From positions 1 through 37,485 of the IMG/VR virus record IMGVR_UViG_3300037419_000329: 37,485 bases of DNA; one strand, 5' to 3'. A program made the translations under genes and the position numbers. Every line of letters starts with the position of its first letter. Within the stretch, counting starts at the first letter, position 1. Below the pieces are notes generated by a model. It did no database searches. It was not told the DNA's origin and worked only from the letters and a program-made list of their open reading frames with translations. This DNA is from a virus (Duplodnaviria > Caudoviricetes). This document shows positions 17,749 through 27,247 of this stretch, in pieces.

Positions 17749-18128
17749 GTACCCAAGCCGGCATCCCGCTCTTCAACATCCCACCGATCGACCCGCGCAG
17801 TGGTCAATGGAACAGGCAGTGGCTGTTTTTCCTGCAAGCGCTGTGGGACCGAACGGGGGGCGCTCAGGGTGTTTCCGTCAGCGACCTCGGCATCGATCTG
17901 CCCGAGGACTCCGGTGTGGAAGAAATCAAGGCGCAACTGTTCGGCGTCCGCGATGCCCTTTTCATGCTGCCGCCGGCTTCCTCTGCTGCCGCCAGCGATG
18001 ACCAAGCCCCGCCGTTGCCGTCAGTGACACCACCAGACGACCCACATGCGCGCATCGAAGCACTCGAAGCGCTCGTGCAGCGCCTCGCATCCGATATCGA
18101 AGCAATCAGACAAGGACAGCAACTATGA
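17745..18128 (+). CDS. Putative tail needle protein (gp26-like position)
   Basis: Follows the hub gene; W..FL..L N-terminus and C-terminal coiled coil. Confidence 0.5.
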   Translation: MSTQAGIPLFNIPPIDPRSGQWNRQWLFFLQALWDRTGGAQGVSVSDLGIDLPEDSGVEEIKAQLFGVRDALFMLPPASSAAASDDQAPPLPSVTPPDDPHARIEALEALVQRLASDIEAIRQGQQL

Positions 18129-18463
18129 CCGTCACCGCCAAGCCGCTCGTCGAGGCGAAGTTCGCCGAGAACGCGCAAACAACTCAATACACCGCGCCTG
18201 CGGGCACGCGAACCATCATCGACAAATTCACGGCCACGAACGTGACCGGTTCGAATGCGGTTTTGACGATCAACGTCGTGCCGAGCGGCGGCAGTGTTGG
18301 GTCGTCCAACATCATCACGCAGACGAAGACCATCGCTGCCAATTCGACCGAGACGTTCCCCGAGCAGGTCGGCCAGATCCTCGGGCCGGGCGACGCTGTG
18401 TCGACACTGGCGGGAACGGCGAGCGCGTTAGTCCTGCGTATCTCGGGACGCGAGATCACCTGA
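18125..18463 (+). CDS. Small beta-rich tail-associated protein
   Basis: ATGA-coupled; ISGREI C-terminus. Confidence 0.65.
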   Translation: MTVTAKPLVEAKFAENAQTTQYTAPAGTRTIIDKFTATNVTGSNAVLTINVVPSGGSVGSSNIITQTKTIAANSTETFPEQVGQILGPGDAVSTLAGTASALVLRISGREIT

Positions 18464-18846
18464 TGAGCCGCACGGATCTGTGTGCGCGCCTGCTGACTGC
18501 ACTAGCAGAGCGTGCGCCGCAGATTACGGCCATCGAATTGGCCGACCACTTACGCGACTGGGAACTGATCGATGCAGCCGGCGCAGTGATCATGCGCCGC
18601 GGCGCAGAAATGCACGTGGCCGCGATTCCGGAGATTCGCGGGCGCTGGTTTGGTAGCCGTGTACGTGAATTGCTACGCGAGACGTTGGAACAGCACGGCC
18701 GCATCGATACCGTCGTGATGAAAGACCACCACATCGGACATGCCTTCGCACTGCGCATGGGGTTTGAACAAGTAGGCGAAAGCGGAGCCGTAATCCGCTA
18801 TGAACTGAGGAAATTACGACATGCGAAATCACACCGCACTGCTTGA
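18463..18846 (+). CDS. GNAT-like protein (P22 gp14-like position)
   Basis: EMHVA...FALRMGFEQVG motif; precedes the ejection genes. Confidence 0.6.
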   Translation: MSRTDLCARLLTALAERAPQITAIELADHLRDWELIDAAGAVIMRRGAEMHVAAIPEIRGRWFGSRVRELLRETLEQHGRIDTVVMKDHHIGHAFALRMGFEQVGESGAVIRYELRKLRHAKSHRTA

Positions 18847-19666
18847 TCATCCCGTCGGCTTCGCTGTACGCGATGGCCGGCACTTCGATCCAGTCACGGC
18901 TATCATCGGCGGTGGCGCCATGCTTGGCAGCGCACTGATCGGTTCCAACGCTGCGCAAGATTCTGCAAATACCCAGGCTGACGCAGCAAACCATGCCGCC
19001 GATCTGCAGCAACAGAACCTTGCGCAAACACGGCAGAGTCTTCAGCCGTTCATCAATACTGGCTACGATGCGCAGACCTCATTACGCAACATGCTCGGCC
19101 TTGGAGCCCCGACCGATGGGAGCACGTATGGCAGCCTGACGCGGCCCTTTGATGCTCAGACGTTCCAGCAATACAAAGACCCAGGGTACGACTTTCAACT
19201 CCAGCAAGGCCAACAGGCACTGCAGAACAGCCAGGCCGCGCAAAACGGCGTGCTGTCAGGTGGCGCGCTCAAGGACCTAATCGGCTTCAACCAGGGCATG
19301 GCAAACAACGCCTACCAAAACGCATTCGGTCGCTACATGACGCAAAACGAAGCGACATACAACCGCCTGTCGAACCTCCTTGGCGTAGGTGAGAATGCCG
19401 CCGCCGGCGTCGGTAACACGGGCGCACAGGTGACATCAAATATCGCGAACACCCTGACATCTGGTGCGGCAGCACGTGCCGCGGGCCAAATAGGATCGGC
19501 AAACGCGCTGTCTGGGGCAGTCAATAACGGAATGGGGTACTACATGCTCAACAACATGACTGGCGGGAATATGTTCGGCACCGGCGCCGGTATCAGTAGC
19601 GCGGACGCAGCGGCCAGCCACGCTGCCGGCATGGATTACATCAACAGCCAACTCGCGGCACTGTGA
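18821..19666 (+). CDS. DNA ejection protein (P22 gp7-like)
   Basis: Gly/Ala-rich N-terminus; DPGYDFQLQQG...SGGALK motif. Confidence 0.8.
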   Translation: MRNHTALLDHPVGFAVRDGRHFDPVTAIIGGGAMLGSALIGSNAAQDSANTQADAANHAADLQQQNLAQTRQSLQPFINTGYDAQTSLRNMLGLGAPTDGSTYGSLTRPFDAQTFQQYKDPGYDFQLQQGQQALQNSQAAQNGVLSGGALKDLIGFNQGMANNAYQNAFGRYMTQNEATYNRLSNLLGVGENAAAGVGNTGAQVTSNIANTLTSGAAARAAGQIGSANALSGAVNNGMGYYMLNNMTGGNMFGTGAGISSADAAASHAAGMDYINSQLAAL

Positions 19667-19668
19667 TC

Positions 19669-21156
19669 ATGGCACTTGATCCCACCATCTCCCTCAACGC
19701 CCAAGCGCCTAGTTTCGATACGGCGCTCAAACCTGTAGCGTCCTTGCTCGGCATCGCCGGCGCACAGCAGCAACTGCAGACCGGTCGCCTCCAGCAAGGC
19801 CAGCTTCAATCGCAGCTCGAGGAACGCCAGAACCTCGCGAACATCGATTGGAACAAGTTCCGCGACAAGGATGGGAACCTAGACCCAGTGGCCGCCGGTA
19901 ACGCAGCGCTGCAGGCCTCGCCTGCGTTCTACGGGCCGCAACTGGCGAAGCAGTTCAACGACGTCGCGAAGGATCAGATCACGATCAAGCAAGGGCTGCA
20001 GAACCTGAACAAGTCGCAGCGTGAGGACATCGGTTCCGGCCTCGGCGCCCTGTCGATGGACCCACAGCTTTCGCCCTCCAAGGTGCTGGATTGGGCCGCG
20101 CAGTATAGTCAGCAGAACCCGGCCGCCGCCCCGTTGCTCATGACTGCACTCAAGCATGCGCCGAGTGATCCGGCCGGTCTCAAGCAATGGCTGATCACGA
20201 GCCGCAACAGCGTGATTGCACCAGCAACGCAGACCACGAATACGATGACGGTGAATGACGGTAACTCAACCCACTTCGTACAGACTAGTCCATATCAGCC
20301 CGGTGTCGCACAGGAGGTTGGCAAGCCAATCACGAATCAAGTCGGGCCGATGCAGCGCGAGGAGGTCCAGGCCGATGCGCTGGGAAACCGCTACATCGTC
20401 CAGCGAGGCGCGAACGGCGCAATTCTGAATACGCGGCCGGTACCGGGCAGCTACAACCCCCTTGGCGGCACGCCCGGCACTGGTCCAGTCAACATGCCCC
20501 CGGGCGGCGCGGGTGCCGTCGATGACGCGCAGAAGGAAGTCACCGCGGCGCGCGCGGCAGCCAACCAGGCGCCTGTGCTCCATGATCTCAACCGATCTAT
20601 CATCGATCTGGTCGACAAAGGCGTCACCACTGGATCCGCATCTGCCGTATGGTCAAAAGCAGCGCAAGTCGCCAACGGTGTGTTCGGAACCAACGTGGAA
20701 TTCGGCGACAACACTGCAACCAACTACAACACCCTCGGCAAGCTGCTGGAGCGCTCCGCCCTCACCGCTGCGCAGGGCATGGGCCCGCACACAAACGCCG
20801 GCCTTGAGGCTCAGGTACGTGCGAACGGTTCGCTCGACTACACGCCGCAGGCCATCCGCAAAATCGCTGTGCTGAACGATGCATTGACCAGCGGCGCCGA
20901 ACACTACCGCTCGGGCCTCGAGCAGGCCCTGCAAACGTCCGGTCAGAACCCGGCCGTGAAGCGCGTATTCGATCAGAAGTGGGCACAAAACTTCGATCCG
21001 CGCATCATGCGCCTGGAGAACGCCGCGGCTTCTGGCGACAAGAAGGAAATAGATGCAGTGATGAAGGATCTCGGCGGCTCTGGATCGAAGGCCGCTCAGG
21101 AACTGCGTGCTAAGGCTGCGAACCTGCAAACCCTGATCTCGAAAGGGCATCTCTAA
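19669..21156 (+). CDS. DNA ejection protein (gp20-like)
   Basis: Q/A-rich helical protein, second in the ejection cluster. Confidence 0.65.
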   Translation: MALDPTISLNAQAPSFDTALKPVASLLGIAGAQQQLQTGRLQQGQLQSQLEERQNLANIDWNKFRDKDGNLDPVAAGNAALQASPAFYGPQLAKQFNDVAKDQITIKQGLQNLNKSQREDIGSGLGALSMDPQLSPSKVLDWAAQYSQQNPAAAPLLMTALKHAPSDPAGLKQWLITSRNSVIAPATQTTNTMTVNDGNSTHFVQTSPYQPGVAQEVGKPITNQVGPMQREEVQADALGNRYIVQRGANGAILNTRPVPGSYNPLGGTPGTGPVNMPPGGAGAVDDAQKEVTAARAAANQAPVLHDLNRSIIDLVDKGVTTGSASAVWSKAAQVANGVFGTNVEFGDNTATNYNTLGKLLERSALTAAQGMGPHTNAGLEAQVRANGSLDYTPQAIRKIAVLNDALTSGAEHYRSGLEQALQTSGQNPAVKRVFDQKWAQNFDPRIMRLENAAASGDKKEIDAVMKDLGGSGSKAAQELRAKAANLQTLISKGHL

Positions 21157-23009
21157 TGGCTGGCCCGCTTGATAACGCACTGTCAATTCTCGGCGGCGGC
21201 CAAAATTCTTCCGCACCTTCGCCCGCACCTACCGCACAGTCGAACGCGGCCGCGCTCAACTACTTGAACGATCCGAAGAACCGTGCCTCGATCATGGCGG
21301 ATGCGGACCGTATCGCGGCCGCACGCCCCGCGGCATCTGGCGCTCATATGGCGACCACTCCAGACGCAAATCCCGGTGCGCTGTCAGGAGCCATGGCGAT
21401 CCTTAGCGGCGCTCAATCTGAGCACGCGTCAGCAGCGCCGGCCACGTCGACCACTGAAAACCTTTTGGCGGGGATAGGCCACGGCATGGTCCACGCTGCC
21501 GGGGCAGTCAAAGAGGCCTTCGACATGGGCGCCAATGCACTCGACTCTGCTGCAAAAGGAACAGCGATCGGACGTGCAGCTGACTGGCTTAACGATAAGT
21601 TAGGAATGACGCCTGCACCTCAGGCACTTGCAAATACTCAGCACACGCTGGCGCAAAACTCGGCCGCTGATAAGCAGTTGATGAGCACGACAGCAGGAAA
21701 GGTCGGGAGTGCGATTGGCGGCGGTGCGGTTGCGTTGCCGGCGTCCTTCATCCCGGGCGCTAATACGGCCGTAGGTGCCGCGGCAATCGGCGCAGGAGCC
21801 GGAGCCCTTACTACTGAAGGGAGTCTGGCGGACCGCGCGAAAGGCGCTGTTGGTGGCGCTATCGGGGGGGTGGTTGGCAAAGGGATCGGCGATGCACTCG
21901 GATGGGCGGTAGGAAAGCTCGCAAGCTACCAGTCCGGCAAGGCTGCAGCCCAGGCGGCTACTAACGCCGGCCGCGATGCGGCCGTGCAGACCGCTACAGA
22001 GGCCGGCTATCGGCTGCCTCCCACCGAGGTGAAGCCCAGCATCCTGAACTCTGCGCTTGAAGGAATATCCGGGAAAATTAAGACGTCGCAAGCTGCCAGC
22101 GCGAAGAATCAGGAGGTGACAAATGACCTCGCGAAGCGCGCGTTAGGGCTATCGGAAGACGTCACGCTTTCTCCCGAAATCCTCGGCGCGATTCGACAAA
22201 AGGCCGGACAGAGTTACGAGGCAATCAAGGGATTCGGGACCATCAATGCCGATCATGCCTACAACAAAGCACTCGATGGACTCGTCGCTACTTACCAAGG
22301 AGCCGCCAAAGATTTCCCGGGACTGACCAAGCCCGAAGTAACGAACCTCGTGGACTCACTGCGCCAGCCGTCATTTGGTTCAGACTCCGCGATAGATGCA
22401 ATCCGGGTCCTGCGTGAAACGGCCGATGCAGCGTTTCGCCGAGGTGATACAGGCGTGGCAAAGGCTAGCAAAGGGGCGGCTCAGGCGATGGAAGATCTCG
22501 TCGACCGTAACCTGCAAGGATCTGGTCAGCCAGAGTTGCTGGACGCATACCGGGCAGCGCGGCAGACTATCGCTAAGACCTACGATGTGGGCCGCGCTCT
22601 TAATCCTGCGACCGGAGACGTCTCTGCACCTACTCTTGCGGCTTTGGCGAACAAGGGTAAGCCGCTCTCCGGTGAATTGAAGACGATCGCTACGACTGCC
22701 CAGGCATTCCCAAAGGCAACGCAGGCGCTGAAGCAGAACTATAACCCTGTGAGCCCACTGGACTACGCCGTAGCAGGCGCTACGGCACTCCATACTGGGC
22801 GCGTATCGGACCTACTTTCTTTGGGGGTTCGACCGACGATTCGGTCTGCGATCCTCTCTCGCCCGTACCAAGCCATAACGGCGCATGGCGTAGGCAACTA
22901 TGGCCCCGGCTTGTTGTCCTCTGGCGTAAGCAAGACGTTGGGAAGTCAGCCTCTGAAGGATTTTCTCAGGCTTGGCGGGACGGAGGCTGGGATCGAGCTC
23001 GAAAAGTAA
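21156..23009 (+). CDS. DNA ejection protein (gp16-like)
   Basis: Large Ala/Gly-rich protein with a glycine-zipper hydrophobic segment. Confidence 0.65.
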   Translation: MAGPLDNALSILGGGQNSSAPSPAPTAQSNAAALNYLNDPKNRASIMADADRIAAARPAASGAHMATTPDANPGALSGAMAILSGAQSEHASAAPATSTTENLLAGIGHGMVHAAGAVKEAFDMGANALDSAAKGTAIGRAADWLNDKLGMTPAPQALANTQHTLAQNSAADKQLMSTTAGKVGSAIGGGAVALPASFIPGANTAVGAAAIGAGAGALTTEGSLADRAKGAVGGAIGGVVGKGIGDALGWAVGKLASYQSGKAAAQAATNAGRDAAVQTATEAGYRLPPTEVKPSILNSALEGISGKIKTSQAASAKNQEVTNDLAKRALGLSEDVTLSPEILGAIRQKAGQSYEAIKGFGTINADHAYNKALDGLVATYQGAAKDFPGLTKPEVTNLVDSLRQPSFGSDSAIDAIRVLRETADAAFRRGDTGVAKASKGAAQAMEDLVDRNLQGSGQPELLDAYRAARQTIAKTYDVGRALNPATGDVSAPTLAALANKGKPLSGELKTIATTAQAFPKATQALKQNYNPVSPLDYAVAGATALHTGRVSDLLSLGVRPTIRSAILSRPYQAITAHGVGNYGPGLLSSGVSKTLGSQPLKDFLRLGGTEAGIELEK

Positions 23010-23144
23010 GAGGCTCTTTAGCTTCCCTGGCTTCATCCAGCGTTCGACAGCCCGCCTTCCAGGTGTGGCGAACACTCCAAGGACAAGGATGCCCATCGGC
23101 TTAGCGAGAGCAATGCCCCAAAACGCTGTGTTAACCGGATCCAT
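22812..23144 (-). CDS. Antisense moron-like membrane protein
   Basis: GGGAG RBS, ATG 23144, N-terminal hydrophobic helix; 3' part overlaps the gp16-like gene. Confidence 0.45.
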   Translation of the reverse strand: MDPVNTAFWGIALAKPMGILVLGVFATPGRRAVERWMKPGKLKSLLLFELDPSLRPAKPEKILQRLTSQRLAYARGQQAGAIVAYAMRRYGLVRAREDRRPNRRSNPQRK

Positions 23145-23158
23145 CAATTAACTCCCAG

Positions 23159-23211
23159 AAGCCGCCTCGTGCGGCTTTTCTTTTTCCAGCACCCATAGAG
23201 GTGCTTTTTTT
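23159..23211 (+). terminator. Tandem intrinsic terminators before the tailspike
   Basis: AAGCCGC-CTCGT-GCGGCTTTT and AGCACC-CATAGA-GGTGCTTTTTTT. Confidence 0.7.
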
Positions 23212-23228
23212 ACGTCCAGAGGATAAAC

Positions 23229-25301
23229 ATGGCAAGCCTGATGCCTGTCGCGAAGCAGCAGTATTTCATCCCCGGAACTGCGATTCCGCTAGTAGGGGGA
23301 AAGCTCTACACGTATGCGGCCGGGACGTCGACGCCTAAGACGACATGGCAGGACGCGGACGGGACAGTCCCGAACACGAATCCTATCACGTTGGACTCGA
23401 CGGGCTCTGCGTTGATCTTCTGGACTGGCAACTACAAGATCGTTCTCAAGGATGCACTCGGGAACACGGTCTATTCGGTGGATGGCTACAACACCGATCA
23501 AGCAGCGGCGCTGCAGGCGCAAATTGAGCAGTCAACCGGGTCTTCCATGATCGGCTTCATCCAGTCTGGTGCCGATGCTGTACAGAGAGATGTGCAGGAC
23601 GAGCTGCGCGAAACGTTCAAGCTCACGCAATTTTTCATTGCAGGCGAAGCATCAATCGACGCGGCATTTTCGCGCGCCCTGACAGCGTTCACGCGACCCG
23701 GTACGCTGGAGATCCCGCAAGGATTCTTCAACTTGGCCGGAAAGGTGCAAATCCGGACCGACATCCCCATCAAGATCCGCGGCGCCGGGATGAACTCGAC
23801 GCTAATTTTCTGTACGAGCTCCGTGTCACTCGACACGATGTTTGAGCAAGTCGGCGCTGTATCAGACACGTTCGAAATGTCCGACCTTACGCTGGTCGGC
23901 AATGGGAAAGCGCAATGCGGGTACCGATCCGAGAGCGTGATCGCGAGCCTGTTCAGGAATCTCGGCATCACAGGCACAACCATCTGCGCACTGCGCACGA
24001 ATAACGGCTACAGCAACACGTTCGATAACGTGAAGCTCTACAGCAACACCGGTGGCGGGTTGCAATGCACGGGCGTGAACAACAACAACGTCAATATCGT
24101 GCGCTCGCAGATTTACGCCAATGGCGGCATCGGTGCGGAGCTGGGGAACGGCTACAGCATCAACGTTGTGGGCTGCGATATCGAGACGAATGCAGTGGCC
24201 GGCGTCGTCGCCTACGATATCAAGCTGCTCATGATCTCTGGCGGCTACGTCGAGCGCAACGGGGCTACCGGCTACGCCTACACCACTGCGGACGGTTCAC
24301 CCGAAAACCTCACCGTGCACGCCGACATTCACCTGCTGTCCGGCGGCAAAACCATCGGCGGGAGCCGGAGCACCTGCGTCACGCAGGCGATCATCGATGG
24401 CGTCCAGTTCACCCCATACGGCACGAACAACTACCCAACTGCCGGCTTGTCGATCGACAGCCCGATTTTCGCGACCGTCGTCGATGGTCTGCGCGTGACG
24501 AGCTGCGAAGTGCTCGATCCGACGAAGATCAAACAGATGGTCTCGTTCTATAACAACAACACGAAGTCGGCAGCGTACCAGTGCGTTATCGACGGGAACA
24601 CGGCCAACACCGTCGGCTTCCTCGGCGTCGGCAACTCGGCGTTCTCGTTCGCGACCATGCACAACGTCGATACGCCGCTCGCGCAGTCGCCGCACAACTA
24701 CGTCTCGCAAGACCTGTTCGATTATTTGGCATTAAGCGGATCGTCGGGATATTTGCGCCGCGCCGCAAACGACTATCAGGACGCGCCCGTGTACGCCGTC
24801 GGCGTCGGCGATTACGCATGGGGCTACGACATCGACCTGACCAAGCACCCTGAGCTGAAGGGGAAAATGGTGTGGTTCGGGCTCTGGTATCACGTCGACG
24901 ACAACGGCGCATCGTTGCAGCTGACCCTGGGCGGCAATACCGATTCGGATGGCAGCGTGACCGACCAGGCCATGCCGGCAAACACGTTCGTTTTCAAGAG
25001 CGTCTGCAAGCAGGTGCTGGCGACGGATACGAATCTTTATTTCTCAATTCGCCGCATTGGCGCGGGGACGAACCCTGTTCTGTTCTGCCATTCCATCGTA
25101 TCGGCCGCCGGGTTCGGCCTCAACCGATACGCGTTTCCGACGACAAAGCCGATCTGGCGCAAAAACACCGCGCCGGTCGATGGAACCTGGCAAGCGGGCG
25201 ACCGCGTAATCGCGCGCACGCCTACCGTCGGTCAACCCAAAGCGCAGATCTGCACCGTAACCGGCGCGCCCGGTACGTGGGTCAGCGAAGGCAATCTCTA
25301 A
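23229..25301 (+). CDS. Tailspike / depolymerase (particle-binding N-domain, right-handed beta-helix)
   Basis: GGKLYTYAAGTSTP..T..D...NTNPI.LD..G N-domain; Asn-rich parallel beta-helix repeats; GTW.AGD...GAPGTW C-terminus. Confidence 0.85.
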   Translation: MASLMPVAKQQYFIPGTAIPLVGGKLYTYAAGTSTPKTTWQDADGTVPNTNPITLDSTGSALIFWTGNYKIVLKDALGNTVYSVDGYNTDQAAALQAQIEQSTGSSMIGFIQSGADAVQRDVQDELRETFKLTQFFIAGEASIDAAFSRALTAFTRPGTLEIPQGFFNLAGKVQIRTDIPIKIRGAGMNSTLIFCTSSVSLDTMFEQVGAVSDTFEMSDLTLVGNGKAQCGYRSESVIASLFRNLGITGTTICALRTNNGYSNTFDNVKLYSNTGGGLQCTGVNNNNVNIVRSQIYANGGIGAELGNGYSINVVGCDIETNAVAGVVAYDIKLLMISGGYVERNGATGYAYTTADGSPENLTVHADIHLLSGGKTIGGSRSTCVTQAIIDGVQFTPYGTNNYPTAGLSIDSPIFATVVDGLRVTSCEVLDPTKIKQMVSFYNNNTKSAAYQCVIDGNTANTVGFLGVGNSAFSFATMHNVDTPLAQSPHNYVSQDLFDYLALSGSSGYLRRAANDYQDAPVYAVGVGDYAWGYDIDLTKHPELKGKMVWFGLWYHVDDNGASLQLTLGGNTDSDGSVTDQAMPANTFVFKSVCKQVLATDTNLYFSIRRIGAGTNPVLFCHSIVSAAGFGLNRYAFPTTKPIWRKNTAPVDGTWQAGDRVIARTPTVGQPKAQICTVTGAPGTWVSEGNL

Positions 25302-25318
25302 TCTCGAAAGGAACAGCA

Positions 25319-25594
25319 ATGGCGCTCAGCATGAACACGTCAATCGATGCCGTCAACGTCACCATCCAGAATGCCTACGTCCGAATCGAACAGGTGCAGT
25401 GCAACCGGTTCGAGACAGGCATCGGCGCCGTCGCGCGCTGCTACCAGTCCAACCCTGGCTTCCCGCCGAACATCCCGGCGTTCAAGGAAATCAGCTTCAG
25501 CGTGCCGCTCGATCTGAATGGCGGCAACCCCTTCAAGCAGGCCTACATCGGAGCCAAGGCGCTGCCGATGTTCGCTGGCGCGACCGATTGCTAA
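25319..25594 (+). CDS. Tailspike-associated small protein (chaperone-like)
   Basis: AAGGA RBS; NAYVRI...QAY...K.LP.F.GA.DC motif. Confidence 0.65.
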   Translation: MALSMNTSIDAVNVTIQNAYVRIEQVQCNRFETGIGAVARCYQSNPGFPPNIPAFKEISFSVPLDLNGGNPFKQAYIGAKALPMFAGATDC

Positions 25595-25622
25595 ACCACC
25601 CGCGCGCGAGCGCCTTTAACAC

Positions 25623-26036
25623 ATGAAAGTCCAAAACATGAGCGAACCCATCTCCACCGGCGCCGCCGGCATCGCTGGCTGGAAGATCCTGGGCGGCCTT
25701 GCCGGTACTGGCATCGGCGCAGGCCTGGCCGCGTACATCGTCATGTCCATGACGAAGCCGAAGACCGATCAGGAGTGGCACGTTGCCCTGATCTGCACCC
25801 TGACAGGCTCCATTGGCGGCGGTGCCGCGTTGATCAGCTGGCTCGGCCTGCAGCGCTGGGCGAACGACGTGTTCGGCCTCGTCGGAATGTTCGGCATCGC
25901 GTTCGCATGCGGCCTGCCGTCATGGCTTATCGTGCGTGCCCTCTTCGCGTATATCGAAAAGAAGCGCGACGCCGACATCACCGAGATCATTGCCGATGGT
26001 GCGCAGGCGGTAAAAGCCATTAAGGATGCCGTCTGA
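25623..26036 (+). CDS. Holin
   Basis: About three hydrophobic segments, charged C-terminus, directly upstream of the lysozyme. Confidence 0.7.
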   Translation: MKVQNMSEPISTGAAGIAGWKILGGLAGTGIGAGLAAYIVMSMTKPKTDQEWHVALICTLTGSIGGGAALISWLGLQRWANDVFGLVGMFGIAFACGLPSWLIVRALFAYIEKKRDADITEIIADGAQAVKAIKDAV

Positions 26037-26494
26037 TGGATACCGCAGACATGAAGGCTTCCGGCGTTTGCCGCGCGCTGATCCGCCAGTTCGAAGGCTG
26101 CTATCTGCAGGCGTATCGTTGTCCGGCCGGCATCCCAACAATCGGCGTGGGCCACACGCGCGGCGTCAAGATGGGCGACCGATGCTCGCAACAGCAGGCC
26201 GACATCTGGCTTTCGCAAGATCTGGAAGATGCAGAGGCCGCGGTCGCCATGCTCGTACGCGCGCCGCTGACGCAAGAGCAGTTCGATGCCCTCGTGTCGT
26301 TCACGTTCAACCTGGGAGAGCGACGCCTCGCTGAGTCGACCATGCTCATCCTGATCAACAAGGGAAGCATGAAGGCAGCAGCAGAGCAGTTCGACCGCTG
26401 GGTGTACGCCGGCAAGGAAAAGCTGCCCGGGCTGGTCAAGCGCCGCGCCGCGGAGAAAGCCCTTTTCCTCGATGGCTTGCGGGAGGCAGCATGA
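26036..26494 (+). CDS. Endolysin, GH24 lysozyme
   Basis: FEG...AYRCPAGIPTIGVGHT, QFDALVSFTFNLG, GLVKRRAAEKALF. Confidence 0.95.
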   Translation: MDTADMKASGVCRALIRQFEGCYLQAYRCPAGIPTIGVGHTRGVKMGDRCSQQQADIWLSQDLEDAEAAVAMLVRAPLTQEQFDALVSFTFNLGERRLAESTMLILINKGSMKAAAEQFDRWVYAGKEKLPGLVKRRAAEKALFLDGLREAA

Positions 26495-26997
26495 CCGCCC
26501 TCGATCGCATGATCATCACGGCTGCCATTCTCATCGGCGGCTGGATTGGCGTGCTGGCCTACTGCGCGCATCAGTACCACGCCGGCCATGCTGCCGGCTA
26601 CGCCGCGGCCGTTGATGCCGGCAAGGTCCAGTACGACCGCGACGCCGCGGCCGCTGCCAAGACCGAATCAGATCTGCGCCAAGCGCTGGCCGAAAAAGAT
26701 ACCCAAGCCCACCAAAAGGAAATCGAACATGCCCAAGCTCTCGCTGATGCTCAGCGCCGCGTGCGCACTGGCGTTGACCGCCTGCGCTGCCCCGCGGCCA
26801 GTCCCGTACAGCCCGCCACCGCGGCCGCAACTGGATCCGCTTCCGCCGCGCCTGCAACTGACGGAACAGGACCGGACCTTATGCCGGAGGCTGCTTCAGA
26901 CGTTCTCGGCTACGGAGCAGCAATTGCAGGCCTCGTGTCACGATACGCCGAGGTCGTCGAGCGGTACGACGCCTGCCGTGCAGTGAACGCGAAATGA
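26491..26997 (+). CDS. Rz: i-spanin (Rz-like)
   Basis: N-terminal TM helix, coiled coil, RLRCP; follows the lysozyme. Confidence 0.8.
   Translation: MTALDRMIITAAILIGGWIGVLAYCAHQYHAGHAAGYAAAVDAGKVQYDRDAAAAAKTESDLRQALAEKDTQAHQKEIEHAQALADAQRRVRTGVDRLRCPAASPVQPATAAATGSASAAPATDGTGPDLMPEAASDVLGYGAAIAGLVSRYAEVVERYDACRAVNAK
26729..26986 (+). CDS. Rz1: o-spanin lipoprotein (Rz1-like), embedded in Rz
   Basis: AAGGA RBS, MPKLSLMLSAACALALTAC lipobox, Pro-rich, +1 frame inside Rz. Confidence 0.85.
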   Translation: MPKLSLMLSAACALALTACAAPRPVPYSPPPRPQLDPLPPRLQLTEQDRTLCRRLLQTFSATEQQLQASCHDTPRSSSGTTPAVQ

Positions 26998-27143
26998 CCG
27001 ACTATCACGTCATCACAACCGAGGCGGCCGAGCTGGTGATGCAGGTGATCGACGGCGAGCTCGTCATCGTGCCTCCTGGGATTGCTCCGCAAACCCAGAA
27101 TTCAGCGGAATCTGAGGGGCACCGAAAACAGGCGGAAACGTAG
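26994..27143 (+). CDS. Small 49-aa ORF running into attP
   Basis: ATGA-coupled to Rz: MTDYHVITTEAAELVMQVIDGELVIVPPG... Confidence 0.35.
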   Translation: MTDYHVITTEAAELVMQVIDGELVIVPPGIAPQTQNSAESEGHRKQAET

Positions 27144-27197
27144 ATTTGCGGAGCGAGTTTCACGCTGAAACCCGCATGGTTGACGCAAATCAGTATG

Positions 27198-27239
27198 AGC
27201 TTAGAAGGCTGATGCTCTATCCAACTGAGCTATGGGCAG
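27198..27239 (-). tRNA. 5' half of tRNA-Arg(UCU) (att core; not a complete tRNA)
   Basis: CTGCCCA-TA-GCTC-AGTTGGATA-GAGC-A-TCAGC-CTTCTAA-GCT; no T-arm or 3' acceptor strand. Confidence 0.9.
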
Positions 27240-27247
27240 ATGTTTGA

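Noticed and set aside
23900-24720. AAC-rich tailspike segment suggesting a diversity-generating retroelement target
   Set aside because: No reverse transcriptase and no template/variable repeat pair in the window; Asn ladders are normal for beta-helices
27198-27239. Functional phage tRNA gene
   Set aside because: Only the 5' half is present and the sequence diverges right after the anticodon loop, so it is an att core
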